Positions 9,143-19,262 are shown, numbered from the stretch's first letter. The stretch is 64,000 bases of DNA from Lewinellaceae bacterium (GCA_963710195.1 CAVPZF010000008.1:1179410-1243409); one strand, 5' to 3'. Numbers and translations are program-made. Notes: generated by a model not told the origin, from the sequence alone.

Positions 9143-9766
9143 TTAAGAAAGGTCTTCTTGCTTGAGGTAGTGGTCGAGACGGTCGCGACCGAATTGATTC
9201 ACGATGCCGTTAAAGTGGTAAGTGCTATGCTGGCGCAGGATGTCGGAGAGTGAACGGTCCTGGGCCGGGAACACCCCCCGGTCGATGACCATCATGGTCA
9301 TACCGACGTACAGGTTGGCAATGATCTCGGCATCGATGTCGTCGCGGTAGAGCCCTTCCTCCATTCCCCGCTCGATGTTGGCCGCCACCCCCCGGTGAAA
9401 CTCCCCTTGGTGAGCCTTTACCTGGGTGTGGAATATTTCCGGATAGTACTTCCGCAGGTCGTGCATGGCCGTGGGGGAGATTTCCCGCATTTGTCGGATG
9501 AAGTAGCGGCTATTACGCAAGAATTCGTCGATGGCGTCGGCGGATTCCTGCTGGTTTCGCTGCAGGGTTGCCAGGTCTTTGCACGTGTCGTCTTCCAGTA
9601 CAAGCTGTACCAACTCTTCTTTATTCTCGATGAGTTGGTAAAGCGTCTTTTTGGAGATGCCCACTTCCCGCGCGATGTCGTCCATGCTCACGCTACGTAT
9701 ACCGATTCGCTTGAAGAGCACGTGCGCCTTCTCGATCAGCTGCTGCTTTTCCTTAATCTGTGTCAC
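9143..9766 (-). CDS. TetR/AcrR family transcriptional regulator
   Basis: GIRSVSMDDIAREVGISKKTLYQ helix-turn-helix; probable GTG start at 9766; first gene of the efflux operon. Confidence 0.9.
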   Translation of the reverse strand: MTQIKEKQQLIEKAHVLFKRIGIRSVSMDDIAREVGISKKTLYQLIENKEELVQLVLEDDTCKDLATLQRNQQESADAIDEFLRNSRYFIRQMREISPTAMHDLRKYYPEIFHTQVKAHQGEFHRGVAANIERGMEEGLYRDDIDAEIIANLYVGMTMMVIDRGVFPAQDRSLSDILRQHSTYHFNGIVNQFGRDRLDHYLKQEDLS

Positions 9767-9775
9767 GACGCAAAG

Positions 9776-9815
9776 AACGGGGGAAACTTTGATTAGTTCC
9801 AAAGTTTCCCCCGTT
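9776..9815. promoter_or_regulatory. Perfect 16-bp inverted repeat, probable TetR operator
   Basis: AACGGGGGAAACTTTG (9776-9791) / CAAAGTTTCCCCCGTT (9800-9815) with an 8-nt spacer, 10 nt upstream of the tetR start in a divergent intergenic region. The repeat is seen; the operator role is inferred. Confidence 0.65.
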
Positions 9816-9866
9816 TTTTCTTGTGCGTAATGTTGCACCTGCGGCCCCGCCCACTGGTTCCTTACA

Positions 9867-10780
9867 TTGCCCGGCATTAAGCTAGGTGATCTGCGTAACC
9901 GGCTGGCCGCCGCCTACCAATCGGGCGACCCATCCCAGGGGGGAGATTTTGGTCTAGGGGATAAAGTGGCCCGTCAGTCTGGCACTCGATTGATCAATAG
10001 TGATGGGGGTTTCAACGTGGTGCACCGGGGCCGCAGTCTCTTCGCCCCCTACAAGAACCTGGTGGAGATGAGCTGGCCGCGCTTTATTACGCTGTCCGTA
10101 CTTGCTTACCTGCTGTGTAACCTGCTGTTCGCCGTAGGCTTTTACCTGATCGGACCGGAGCAACTTACGGGGATTGAGGGGTGGAACCCATTTGATCAAT
10201 TCCTAGGCTGTTTTTACTTCAGCGTACAGACCTTTACGACCGTAGGCTACGGTACGATCTCCCCCGACTCGGTAGCCACCAATGCGCTGGCCGCGTTGTT
10301 GGCCCTGTTCGGGTGGATTGCCCTGGCCCTGGCGACGGGACTATTTTTCGCGCGCTTTTCCCGCCCTACCCGCATGGTGGTGTTCTCCGACAAGGCTATC
10401 CTGGCGCCGCTGGTAGACGGCCAACGAGGTCTCCAATTCCGGATCGCGAATGAGCGGGATACCAACCTGACTAACGTACACGCCAGCGTCGTACTGACCT
10501 GGCTGGAACGCGACTACGTACCGCTGTGCACCCGATCGAGGAGGACAGCCCGGTCGACGGCTGGACGGAAGACGACTACCGCCAGCGTACAGCGAACTAC
10601 TGGTGGCCATCGAGGCGTACGACCAGACCTTCGCCCAGCAGGTGCAAGTCACCAGAAGCTACACCTACGAGGAGATGGAAGTGGGACGTCCGCTTCCGCC
10701 CCATGTACCGGGAGAAACAGCGAATGACGGAGCTCTTCATCGACCAGATCAGCGATACCTCACCCGGTGAGGAGCCGTAA
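9867..10780 (+). pseudogene. KirBac-type inward-rectifier potassium channel, C-terminal domain frameshifted
   Basis: Two TM helices with the TFTTVGYG filter. C-terminal motifs VHPIEEDSP, LLVAIEAYDQTFAQQV..RSYTYEE and WDVRFRPMY fall in different frames. Confidence 0.8.
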
Positions 10781-11635
10781 CCCGTGATCGATCAATCGCT
10801 CAACCGCCGCCGCCGGTTGCTTACTGAAGGTGCCCTGCTCGCGGTTGGCGAGCAGCACCGAGAGGGAGGCCGAGCGGTGGCCCAGGGCGTTCGCGAGGCC
10901 GTAGATACCGGCGGTCTCCATTTCTATGTTGGTCAGGCGCAGCCCCGTGGTACTCCGGAACTGCCGTAGGGCGGTCAGTAAGCCAGCGTACATGCGCGAA
11001 GGCAGCCGGAGACTACGTCCCTGGGGAGCGTAAAAGCCAGCGGCGGTGAGGGTGATGCCCCGGGCTAATTCGGGTATGCTGTCCCAGTTCAGGTCGGGTA
11101 GGGCGGGGCGCACGATCAACGGTAGTACCGGAAGTTGGACCCCACCATCCTTAAGGTGAGCCTTCAGCGCATCGGTTAGCTCGTCACCAGTCTCCTCTCG
11201 TGGGTAGAAAGGTAGCAGTCCGTCCAGCGCCAGCGCGGCTTCGGAGAGGAGGACACTGTCTAACGGCAGGTCCGCCTGGAACGCACCACTCGTCCCCAGC
11301 CGAAGGAAGGTGAGTACGCTCAGTCGTTCTCTGACCGTTCGCCGGCTAAGGTCGATGTTGAACAGCGCATCGAGCTCATTGAGGACGATGTCGATGTTAT
11401 CGGTACCAATGCCAGTACCGATGACCGTTAGCCGCTTGCCGCGGAGCGTGCCGGTATGGGTGACGAATTCCCGGGCTTCTACCCGTAGTTCCACGGAGTC
11501 AAAGCGTCGACTCACCTGGGCTACCCGCTCGGGATCCCCGACGGTGATGATGGTGTCGGCGACTTGCCCGGGCAGGAGATCCAGGTGGTAGAGCGCCCCG
11601 TTCGGGCGCAGGATAAGTTCAGACGCTGCGAGCAA
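10760..11635 (-). CDS. Nucleoside (uridine/purine) phosphorylase, PNP_UDP_1 family
   Basis: SELILRPNGALYHL, VGDPERV, TGIGTDNIDIV, RLGTSG and NIEMET motifs. Confidence 0.9.
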   Translation of the reverse strand: MLAASELILRPNGALYHLDLLPGQVADTIITVGDPERVAQVSRRFDSVELRVEAREFVTHTGTLRGKRLTVIGTGIGTDNIDIVLNELDALFNIDLSRRTVRERLSVLTFLRLGTSGAFQADLPLDSVLLSEAALALDGLLPFYPREETGDELTDALKAHLKDGGVQLPVLPLIVRPALPDLNWDSIPELARGITLTAAGFYAPQGRSLRLPSRMYAGLLTALRQFRSTTGLRLTNIEMETAGIYGLANALGHRSASLSVLLANREQGTFSKQPAAAVERLIDHGLRLLTG

Positions 11636-11974
11636 CTATTCCTGGCGCTTCAATTGGCCCACCCGATCCTTCAGGGTGTCTTCCTGGATCTCCGAGCGCC
11701 AGAACTTTTCGATGGCCTTTCCCTCGTGTACGAGAATTGCCTGCGGGCTGGCGTGCTCGACGTCCAGCCGCTCCGCCACCTCGCTGGAAAGCGGTTTAGC
11801 GTACTGAATGACGAGGCCGTAGACCTCTACGTCGTGCTTCGCGTTGGAGATCTGCTCCTGGGCGCGCGCGCTGAAGGGACAGCTGTTGCTGTGCTTAAAG
11901 ATGACGATGGGTTGGTCCTGGGAGGCAGCGATCGCCGCGTCGAGGTCCTCGGAAGTATTCATGGTGTGAAACAT
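11636..11974 (-). CDS. ytxJ: YtxJ/BrxC-like monothiol thioredoxin-fold protein (DUF2847)
   Basis: IFKHSNSCPFS and HASPQAIL motifs resemble Bacillus YtxJ (FKHS.TCPIS, HESPQ). Confidence 0.8.
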   Translation of the reverse strand: MFHTMNTSEDLDAAIAASQDQPIVIFKHSNSCPFSARAQEQISNAKHDVEVYGLVIQYAKPLSSEVAERLDVEHASPQAILVHEGKAIEKFWRSEIQEDTLKDRVGQLKRQE

Positions 11975-12012
11975 GCCAGCAGAACGACGGGTGCAGGAAG
12001 GCGGTTCGCTGC

Positions 12013-12750
12013 CTATAGTCGAAAGACCAAACTGGCCTGCACGCCCACCGTGCGGTCGCCGTCGTCTCGTGTAGGGAACGGGATACCGGCTCGCACGTAT
12101 TGGTACACGGTACGGTCTTCCCGGTCCTCACTCACGTCGGTTAGGGTATGGTAAAGGCGAATGTCCAACCTAAGGCGGTCGGAGAGGGAGAGCATTGCCC
12201 CCGCGTTCAGGGAAAGGCAAAGCCGGCGGATGGCCGCGTTGGTGTACCGGTCGTCGCTGAGCAGGTCCACTTCCTCGCCGGCCGAAAATGGGGTCGACCC
12301 GGCAATGGATTGGTCTTCCCCCTCCAGATCGATTCGCCGGCGTGCCCGGACGAGGTAACTGAAGCCGGGGCCGGCATACAGGTCGACCCCCTTACCTGCT
12401 AGTGTCAGGAGTACGGGTAGGGTGACGTAATCGTAGCGGTCCTTGATGCTACCGTTAAGGGAGCGACTCGCGTCGGGGATCACTTCGTTGAAGTTCACAT
12501 CCACGGCACTCCGCCGGACCTCATAATTGAGCTCCGCGCTCACGGAGAGCCTTTCGGTCAGGGAGGCCACCCGGCCGGCCACGCCGATCTGGTAGCCGAG
12601 GGCGGGACGAAAGGATTCGACCTTGTCCCCGCTGATTTGCTCCGACGGCCCGTAGGTGGTCCCTCCCGTGACCCCGGCCCGGAGGCCGAATTGTGCGGTG
12701 AGCGCATTGGTAAAAAGCAGACTGAGCAGTAAGACCGCTAACTTTGGCAT
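12013..12750 (-). CDS. Outer-membrane beta-barrel (porin family) protein
   Basis: Signal peptide followed by QFGLRAG, alternating amphipathic strands, YVTLPVLL and LYAGPGFSYL, hydrophobic C-terminus. Confidence 0.75.
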   Translation of the reverse strand: MPKLAVLLLSLLFTNALTAQFGLRAGVTGGTTYGPSEQISGDKVESFRPALGYQIGVAGRVASLTERLSVSAELNYEVRRSAVDVNFNEVIPDASRSLNGSIKDRYDYVTLPVLLTLAGKGVDLYAGPGFSYLVRARRRIDLEGEDQSIAGSTPFSAGEEVDLLSDDRYTNAAIRRLCLSLNAGAMLSLSDRLRLDIRLYHTLTDVSEDREDRTVYQYVRAGIPFPTRDDGDRTVGVQASLVFRL

Positions 12751-12858
12751 GGTTTATTCATTTAAAAAGATGGCAGCCTAGAACGCTATGCGCGTGAGAC
12801 CGGGATAGTATTAGTCTCTTCTAGAGGACGTACTTATCCTTACCGCAGCGCTAGTCCG

Positions 12859-13701
12859 GTGCGCGCACTTAACTATCCATTAACCAAATCTACCTACGTG
12901 AAATCCCCCCGCCGGTTCCAGCGCTCCCGGGCGCGCAACTCCGCCACCCCCCCGGGCATGGATCGGGAGCCAGCCGAGCTGATCGGCATGCGCCTGAATA
13001 AGTACATTGCCCACTCTGGCATAGCCAGCCGCCGGACGGCCGGCGATATGGTAAAGGCCGGCCGGGTAAAGGTCAACGGGGAGGTGCTGGACAACCCCGC
13101 CTACCAGATCGCGGAGGGTGATGTCGTGGAATACGACGGTGAGGTCGTGGCTCCTACGGAGCGGTTCTTTTACCTGCTTCTAAACAAGCCGCGCAACGTG
13201 ATCACCACCACCGACGACGAGCACGACCGCACCACGGTCATGGACCTGCTGGACGAGCCCGGCCTGAAGGGTGTCCGCCTCTTTCCCGTCGGCCGCCTCG
13301 ATCGCGATACCACCGGGCTGCTCCTCATCACCAACGACGGCGACGTCACTACCCGCCTGACGCACCCCCGCTTCGAGACCGCCAAGATTTACGAGGCTAC
13401 CCTCGACCGCCCCTTCTCCCTGACCGACCTCGCGCAAATGCAGGTGGGTTACGACCTGGACGACGGCCCCTTCCTCCCCGACTGGGCCCGCTACGCCAGG
13501 GAAGACAACCCCCTGACCGTGACCCTCCAGATCCACAACGGCCGCAACCGCATCGTCCGCCGCGCCTTCGAGCACCTGGGGTACACCGTCGAAAAGCTCG
13601 ACCGCACCTACCTCGCGGGACTGACCAAAAAGAATCTGCCCCGGGGCTTTTATCGGTACTTGACGGGAGAGGAGGTGAGGAGGCTGAAGTACTTTCAGTA
13701 G
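12859..13701 (+). CDS. rRNA pseudouridine synthase, RsuA/RluB family with S4 domain (start uncertain, may be 12898 or 12958)
   Basis: MRLNKYIA..G..SRR S4 domain, LLNKP and VGRLDRDTTGLLL catalytic motif. Confidence 0.92.
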   Translation: MRALNYPLTKSTYVKSPRRFQRSRARNSATPPGMDREPAELIGMRLNKYIAHSGIASRRTAGDMVKAGRVKVNGEVLDNPAYQIAEGDVVEYDGEVVAPTERFFYLLLNKPRNVITTTDDEHDRTTVMDLLDEPGLKGVRLFPVGRLDRDTTGLLLITNDGDVTTRLTHPRFETAKIYEATLDRPFSLTDLAQMQVGYDLDDGPFLPDWARYAREDNPLTVTLQIHNGRNRIVRRAFEHLGYTVEKLDRTYLAGLTKKNLPRGFYRYLTGEEVRRLKYFQ

Positions 13702-13705
13702 ACCG

Positions 13706-14536
13706 CTATGCGGGGGTAGCGGGCGCAGCCTGTCTGAAGTGCACATCCATCTGAGGGAAGGGAATATTCACCCCGGCGGCATCGAAGGCCTTCTTCACGT
13801 GTTCGTTGAGGTGAATAAGGGCGGGCCAGTAATCGGGACTGGCGGTCCAGGCGCGGCAGCCGAGGTCGACGCTGCTGTTGTTGAGGGTACGTACGAAGAT
13901 GTCGATGTCCCGATCGAGGAGGATTCCGGGGGCAGATTCTATGACGGAGCGGATGGTCGCGCGGGCATGGTCGATGTCGTCGCTATAGGCGATGCCGAAG
14001 GTGAGGTCGAGTCGACGGATGCCCTGAGCGGTTAGGTTTTCAATGGCATCTCCCATGACCTTGCCGTTGGGAATGATGATCAGGCGATTATCGATCGCAG
14101 TCAGGATCGTGTGAAAGACCTGTATGTCCTTTACGACCGCGGTATAGCCACTGGTCACGATTACATCCCCCACCTTGAAGGGGCGAAAAGTGAGTAGGAG
14201 AATGCCGCTGGCAAAGTGCCCAAGGTTTCCCTGCAGCGCCAAGCCGAGGGCGAGCGACATGGCGGACAAAATTGCGATAAACGAAGTAGTCTCCACTCCA
14301 AACAGGCCAACGATCGAGAGGATCAACAATATTTTTAGCCCGACACTCAGGAAGCTGGTAAGGAAGCTCGTGACGCTGATGTCTACGTCCCGCTTGTGCA
14401 GCATAGCGCGTACCTGGCGCGCGAGCCAACCAATCAACCAGAAGCCGACTATCAGTAAAAAGAGAGCGGCTAGGATACGGATGCCGGTCTGCAGCAAGAT
14501 TGGCTCGTATTTGTCCCAGGTTTCCTGAATATCCAT
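13706..14536 (-). CDS. mscS: Small-conductance mechanosensitive channel
   Basis: GLALQGNLGHFASG, RPFKVGDVI, IIPNG and NIPFPQMDV motifs. Confidence 0.92.
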   Translation of the reverse strand: MDIQETWDKYEPILLQTGIRILAALFLLIVGFWLIGWLARQVRAMLHKRDVDISVTSFLTSFLSVGLKILLILSIVGLFGVETTSFIAILSAMSLALGLALQGNLGHFASGILLLTFRPFKVGDVIVTSGYTAVVKDIQVFHTILTAIDNRLIIIPNGKVMGDAIENLTAQGIRRLDLTFGIAYSDDIDHARATIRSVIESAPGILLDRDIDIFVRTLNNSSVDLGCRAWTASPDYWPALIHLNEHVKKAFDAAGVNIPFPQMDVHFRQAAPATPA

Positions 14537-14609
14537 TGTAGGCCAAGTTTAGGGCCACAAGGTAAGTCTGTCGCATAGCTTAGTGACCAGGGACTAAACG
14601 AAAAAGGCG

Positions 14610-14617
14610 TACTTTTG
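14610..14617 (+). promoter_or_regulatory. Bacteroidota -7 promoter element for recX
   Basis: TACTTTTG matches TAnnTTTG, 24 nt upstream of the start codon. Confidence 0.55.
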
Positions 14618-14640
14618 CAACAAATCCTGGTATCTTCACC

Positions 14641-15126
14641 GTGTTTCCCCCCGAGAAAAAAGTCGTGTACACTGCCGAGCAGGCGCTGGAGGCCCTGCAG
14701 CATTACTGTGCCTATCAAGACCGCTGTCACAAGGAGGCCCGGGAAAAGCTCCACGAACTGGGGTACTACGGGGATCCGGCCGAAGAAGTGATCGTCGAGC
14801 TCATCCGCGAGAAGTACCTGGACGAGGAGCGCTTCGCCCGTTCCTACGCCCGGGGAAAGTTTAAGATGAAGCGCTGGGGCCGCTACCGCATCACCCAGGA
14901 GCTCAAACAACGCCACATCAGTGCATACTGCATCCGCAAGGCCCTAACCGAGATCGAGGAGGCGGATTATTTCGATACGCTCTGCCGGGAGCTCGAGCGA
15001 CGTAACGCAATCGAGACCGCCGGACAGCATCCGTATCTACGGCGGCGAAAACTTGCGGACTATATGTTCAAACGGGGCTACGAATCCGGACTAATCTGGC
15101 AGGCCATCAACGATCTCGAACTCTGA
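14641..15126 (+). CDS. recX: Regulatory protein RecX
   Basis: YCAYQDRC, YLDEERFARSYARGK, WGRYRI..ELKQ and KRGYE motifs. Confidence 0.92.
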   Translation: MFPPEKKVVYTAEQALEALQHYCAYQDRCHKEAREKLHELGYYGDPAEEVIVELIREKYLDEERFARSYARGKFKMKRWGRYRITQELKQRHISAYCIRKALTEIEEADYFDTLCRELERRNAIETAGQHPYLRRRKLADYMFKRGYESGLIWQAINDLEL

Positions 15127-15181
15127 CCCACCAAAACCCCGCGGAAAGTCATCTGTTCCATTGATTAGAACCGCACCATCC

Positions 15182-16264
15182 ATGTCCGCGTACCGCACTT
15201 TCTTCCTTTTCTTTTGCCTGGCCTGTTGCTACGGCCTGACTTCCTGTTCCGAGGACGTGCAGCGTAAGCTGCAACCCACCCCTTCCGCGTTCGGTCAGAT
15301 CAACAGTTTGGTAGTCATTGCCGACAGCAGCGCCTGGATGGCGGGCGTGGGCGACTCCGTGGCCTACTTCTTCGAGGCACCCTACATCCTGCTTCCCCAG
15401 CCGGAGCCCATCTTCGACGTCCGCTTCATCGAACCGGGCCGCGTGGTGGCCGAGCCCACCTGGGGCCAACTCCGCAACTACGTCGTGCTGGCGGACCTGA
15501 GCGATACCGACAGCCCCACCACCCAGATGGTGCTCAACGACCTGAGCGACCAGAAGATCCAGCAGGTACGGACCGAAGGCTTTGGCACCGCGGTGGCCAA
15601 GAATAAATGGGCTACGGGACAACAGCTGGTTTACATCCTCGGTAAGAACCACAACGCATTGCTTACGGGCTTCAGCACGGTATACCCCGGAGTCGTGAAG
15701 CGCCTTCAGGAAGGGGAGGACGAGCGCATGCGGGTTACCACCTATTTTGAAGGCACCAACCGCCGCCTTGGCGATACCATCCGGGAAGTGGCTGGGGCTA
15801 ACCTCGACATACCGGGGGGCTACGTACGCGTTCCCCTGAATACCGATGGCGTAATCTGGCTGCGCAAAGAGGTACAGGGGGCCAGCCTAAATATAATGCT
15901 CACCAAAGTGCCCTACGAAAATCAGGAACAACTGACCAAAGAGGGCTTGAAGGAGATCCGCAACCGCCTCGGGAAGGAGTACGTCAGTTCGACCACCGAT
16001 AACACCTTTATGCAGATCAACGACACGGACCTGCCTCTCTTCACGGAAGCTACGGAACTCAACGGGGCCTTTGCGATTGAGGGTCGGGGCATCTGGGAGA
16101 TCGAGAACGACTTCCTGGCCGGTCCCTTCGTCTCCTACCTGGTCAACGATGCCAAGAACAACGAACTGGTCTTCGTCGACGGCTTCGTGTACGCGCCCGG
16201 ACGGAAGAAGCGTGACCTGATGGAAGAGGTGGTCCAGGTCATTCGTACGGCGGACGTCAACTAG
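15182..16264 (+). CDS. DUF4837-like lipoprotein
   Basis: Lipobox LTSC; PQPEPIF, W..GQ and DGFVYAPGRKKRD pattern typical of this Bacteroidota family (recognised from motifs). Confidence 0.7.
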   Translation: MSAYRTFFLFFCLACCYGLTSCSEDVQRKLQPTPSAFGQINSLVVIADSSAWMAGVGDSVAYFFEAPYILLPQPEPIFDVRFIEPGRVVAEPTWGQLRNYVVLADLSDTDSPTTQMVLNDLSDQKIQQVRTEGFGTAVAKNKWATGQQLVYILGKNHNALLTGFSTVYPGVVKRLQEGEDERMRVTTYFEGTNRRLGDTIREVAGANLDIPGGYVRVPLNTDGVIWLRKEVQGASLNIMLTKVPYENQEQLTKEGLKEIRNRLGKEYVSSTTDNTFMQINDTDLPLFTEATELNGAFAIEGRGIWEIENDFLAGPFVSYLVNDAKNNELVFVDGFVYAPGRKKRDLMEEVVQVIRTADVN

Positions 16265-16539
16265 TCGCGCGCAGGTTTCCTCCCCCACCTCCAGTGGGCG
16301 CTCTTGTTAATGCCGTGTACGCCCGGCCAGTGAGCGCGCATGGCCTATCATTCCGCCACCGGGATTACCTACTACTTGGATACGTACCCCGCTTGATCCT
16401 GAACCATGATTTAAGTGTCGGCTGCACAACCTATAGCAGCCGTCTAAAAGCCGTGGTAAACATGTAGCTGCCGCACCGGTTAAAACGACTGATTTAGATT
16501 TAGGCATTCGATTTTATTCCCATCAAACCAAATTTCCTT

Positions 16540-17547
16540 ATGACACCTTTTCCCTCCTTCAGCCGGCTCAGCCTGCTGGCCCTTGCTCTTGTAGCCCTTT
16601 CCTTCACCTCCTGTCAGGATGACGACGATACCATACTCGGTATTGACTTCAACGATGACGGTCGGCTTTTCCTCTCCTCCAACACGACCGGCAACGTCGG
16701 TACGATTAATCTGGAAGGGGATGATCAGAGCCTGAAGACCTTCGCCGCTGCCGGCACGGATGCGGACGGCATCTATTACGATACAGATGGCAACAACCTT
16801 TTCCAAATAGACCGCACGAACAGCGTCTTGGTGAAGTACGACGATGTCATCAACGGAGCCGATAATGGCAACGTCAATATTGACGACCGCAGCACCTCCA
16901 ACTTCTCCAACGGGAGGGGCCTGGATTACCGCAATGGCACTTTCGTGGTGGCCCAACAGGGCGGGGCCGATAACGACAACACCAATAAGTTCGTCCTGTA
17001 CAACGACGACCTAGAGAATACCGCTACCTACACCACGCCGATTGCCCTCTGGGGTCTTCAGTTTGTAGGATCTTCCCTTTATGCCGTAGTCGACCTGAGC
17101 GATTCGGTAGCCGTATACGAGAACTTCGTCGGTAACGTCAACGGCGATACCATCATGCCTACCCGCTACATCAAAGTAAACGGCATCACCCGAACCCACG
17201 GGCTGGAATACGACGCCGACGACGACCTCATGATCCTCACCGACATCGGTGATGCCCGTAGCGACAGTGACGGTGGACTCGTAATCATTCGTGATTTCTC
17301 CACCCTCAATTCTACCGTCGACTCCGTGGGGATGGGTGACTACACCATGATCGCCGGTGCAGCTACCATGCTCGGTAACCCCGTTGACGTCGATTACGAC
17401 AAAGACACCGATCAGATCTACGTAGCCGAGCGCGCCAACAGTGGCGGTGCCCTGCTGATCTTCTCCGCTTCCGCTTCGGGCAACGTGGCTCCCGTGAACA
17501 CGGTACCGTTTCCCGGCCTGAGCTCGCTGTTTCTTTACCGCGACTAA
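16540..17547 (+). CDS. Lipoprotein, probable beta-propeller of unknown function
   Basis: Lipobox FTSC; recurring blade-like motifs DADGIYYD, GRGLDY, THGLEYD and NPVDVDYD. Confidence 0.7.
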   Translation: MTPFPSFSRLSLLALALVALSFTSCQDDDDTILGIDFNDDGRLFLSSNTTGNVGTINLEGDDQSLKTFAAAGTDADGIYYDTDGNNLFQIDRTNSVLVKYDDVINGADNGNVNIDDRSTSNFSNGRGLDYRNGTFVVAQQGGADNDNTNKFVLYNDDLENTATYTTPIALWGLQFVGSSLYAVVDLSDSVAVYENFVGNVNGDTIMPTRYIKVNGITRTHGLEYDADDDLMILTDIGDARSDSDGGLVIIRDFSTLNSTVDSVGMGDYTMIAGAATMLGNPVDVDYDKDTDQIYVAERANSGGALLIFSASASGNVAPVNTVPFPGLSSLFLYRD

Positions 17548-17597
17548 GCTTAATGCCCTGCGCTTTTTGGTGTGGTGAAGCTTGCTACTGTTTCGGA

Positions 17598-18653
17598 CTA
17601 AAGCGCCGCAGCAATCAGATTACCAAATTGCCGGGTACCCACCCTACGCGAAGGACGTAGATCTTCGGTACCTACTCCCTGGGCTAGGGTATCATTGACG
17701 GCCTGGCGGATCGCGGTCGCTTCTTCCCGCAGTTCCAGGTGGTCCAGCATCATGGCGGCGGACAGGATGGCGGCGATGGGGTTAGCGCGGTCCTGTCCGG
17801 CCCCTTCCGGCCAGGAGCCGTGGATGGGCTCGAACATGCCAACTGTTGCCCCAATGCTGCTGGAGGGTAGCAAGCCGAGGGAGCCCGCCAGTACGCTGGA
17901 GGCGTCCGAAAGGATATCCCCGAACATATTGCTGGTAACGATGACGTCGAACTGGGCCGGATTCAGGATCAACTGCATGGCGGCATTGTCCACGAACATG
18001 AAGTTCAGCTCCACGTCGTCGTTCTCCGCGGCTATTTCACGCGTCACCTCCCGCCACAGCCGGCTGCTCTCCATCACGTTAGCCTTGTCGACCAGGGTCA
18101 GCTTACGCCGCCGGGCCCGGGCTTCGACGAAGCCCATCTTTACGATGCGCTCGATCTCCATGCGGGTATAGGTACACGTGTCGTAGGCCGTATTGCCCCC
18201 GTCCTTGCGCCCTTTCTCCCCGAAGTAGATACCACCGGTCAGTTCGCGTACGATCAGCAGGTCTACGCCCTTGATGCGTTCGGGCCGCAGCGGGCTTAAG
18301 TCTACTAACTCGGCGTAGCCCGCTACGGGCCGTAAGTTAGCAAACAACCCGAGTTCCTTGCGGAGCTTCAGCAGTCCCTGCTCGGGCCGCACTTTAGCGG
18401 TGGGGTCGTTGTCGAAACGGGGGTGGCCGATGGCCCCGAAGAGCAGCGCATCACTGCGCTTGCAGAGCGCGAGGGTATCGTCGGGCAGGGGGTCACCGGT
18501 CTGGTCAATAGCCACGGCCCCCACGGGGGCGTAGGTGTAATCAAGGGTATGATTGAACTGGTCCGCTACCACGTCTAGCACCTTAATGGCTTCGGCGATG
18601 ACTTCGGGTCCGATCCCGTCTCCGTCCAGGACGGCAATGTTAAATGTACTCAC
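17598..18653 (-). CDS. leuB: 3-isopropylmalate dehydrogenase
   Basis: GDGIGPEV, PEQGLLKLRK, NMFGDILSD and EPIHGS motifs; probable GTG start at 18653. Confidence 0.96.
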   Translation of the reverse strand: MSTFNIAVLDGDGIGPEVIAEAIKVLDVVADQFNHTLDYTYAPVGAVAIDQTGDPLPDDTLALCKRSDALLFGAIGHPRFDNDPTAKVRPEQGLLKLRKELGLFANLRPVAGYAELVDLSPLRPERIKGVDLLIVRELTGGIYFGEKGRKDGGNTAYDTCTYTRMEIERIVKMGFVEARARRRKLTLVDKANVMESSRLWREVTREIAAENDDVELNFMFVDNAAMQLILNPAQFDVIVTSNMFGDILSDASSVLAGSLGLLPSSSIGATVGMFEPIHGSWPEGAGQDRANPIAAILSAAMMLDHLELREEATAIRQAVNDTLAQGVGTEDLRPSRRVGTRQFGNLIAAAL

Positions 18654-18663
18654 TTCAAGTAGT

Positions 18664-19257
18664 CTAGTGTTCGACCCGCTGCGCTTCAAAGGCTTCGATC
18701 TTTTCCCGCTGACTAAGCAGGAAATCGATGTCGTCGTAGCCGTTGATCAGGCAGGTCTTCTTGTAATCGTCAATCTCGAAACCGGTCACCGTGCCGGTCT
18801 CTTCGTTGGTCAAGGTTTGCTGCTCCAGGTCTACCGTGAAGCGGGCCACAGGATTCGCCTCGATGGTAAGAAAAATCTCGTCCAGGGCTGCGGGTGTGAT
18901 GGTCACCGGCAATAGGCCGTTGTTGAGGGCATTGCCCCTAAAGATATCCGCGAAGTAGCTCGACACCACCGCCCGGAAGCCAAAATCCTGGATTGCCCAG
19001 GCCGCGTGTTCCCGACTGGAGCCGCACCCGAAATTTGCACCGGCTACTAACAGCTCCCCCGCGTAGGTGGGATTGTTCAGTACAAAGCCTTCCTTAGGGT
19101 GATTCAGCTTGTCGTAGCGCCAGTCGCGGAAGAGGTTTTCCCCGAATCCTTCCCGGGTCGTCGCCTTCAGGAAACGAGCGGGAATGATCTGGTCGGTATC
19201 CACGTCCTCGATGGGCAGGGGGACGGCCGTGGTGGTTAGGGTTTTGAAGGGGTGCAT
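18664..19257 (-). CDS. leuD: 3-isopropylmalate dehydratase small subunit
   Basis: [14 protein letters not shown] and [14 protein letters not shown] motifs. Confidence 0.97.
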   Translation of the reverse strand: MHPFKTLTTTAVPLPIEDVDTDQIIPARFLKATTREGFGENLFRDWRYDKLNHPKEGFVLNNPTYAGELLVAGANFGCGSSREHAAWAIQDFGFRAVVSSYFADIFRGNALNNGLLPVTITPAALDEIFLTIEANPVARFTVDLEQQTLTNEETGTVTGFEIDDYKKTCLINGYDDIDFLLSQREKIEAFEAQRVEH

Positions 19258-19262
19258 GGGGG

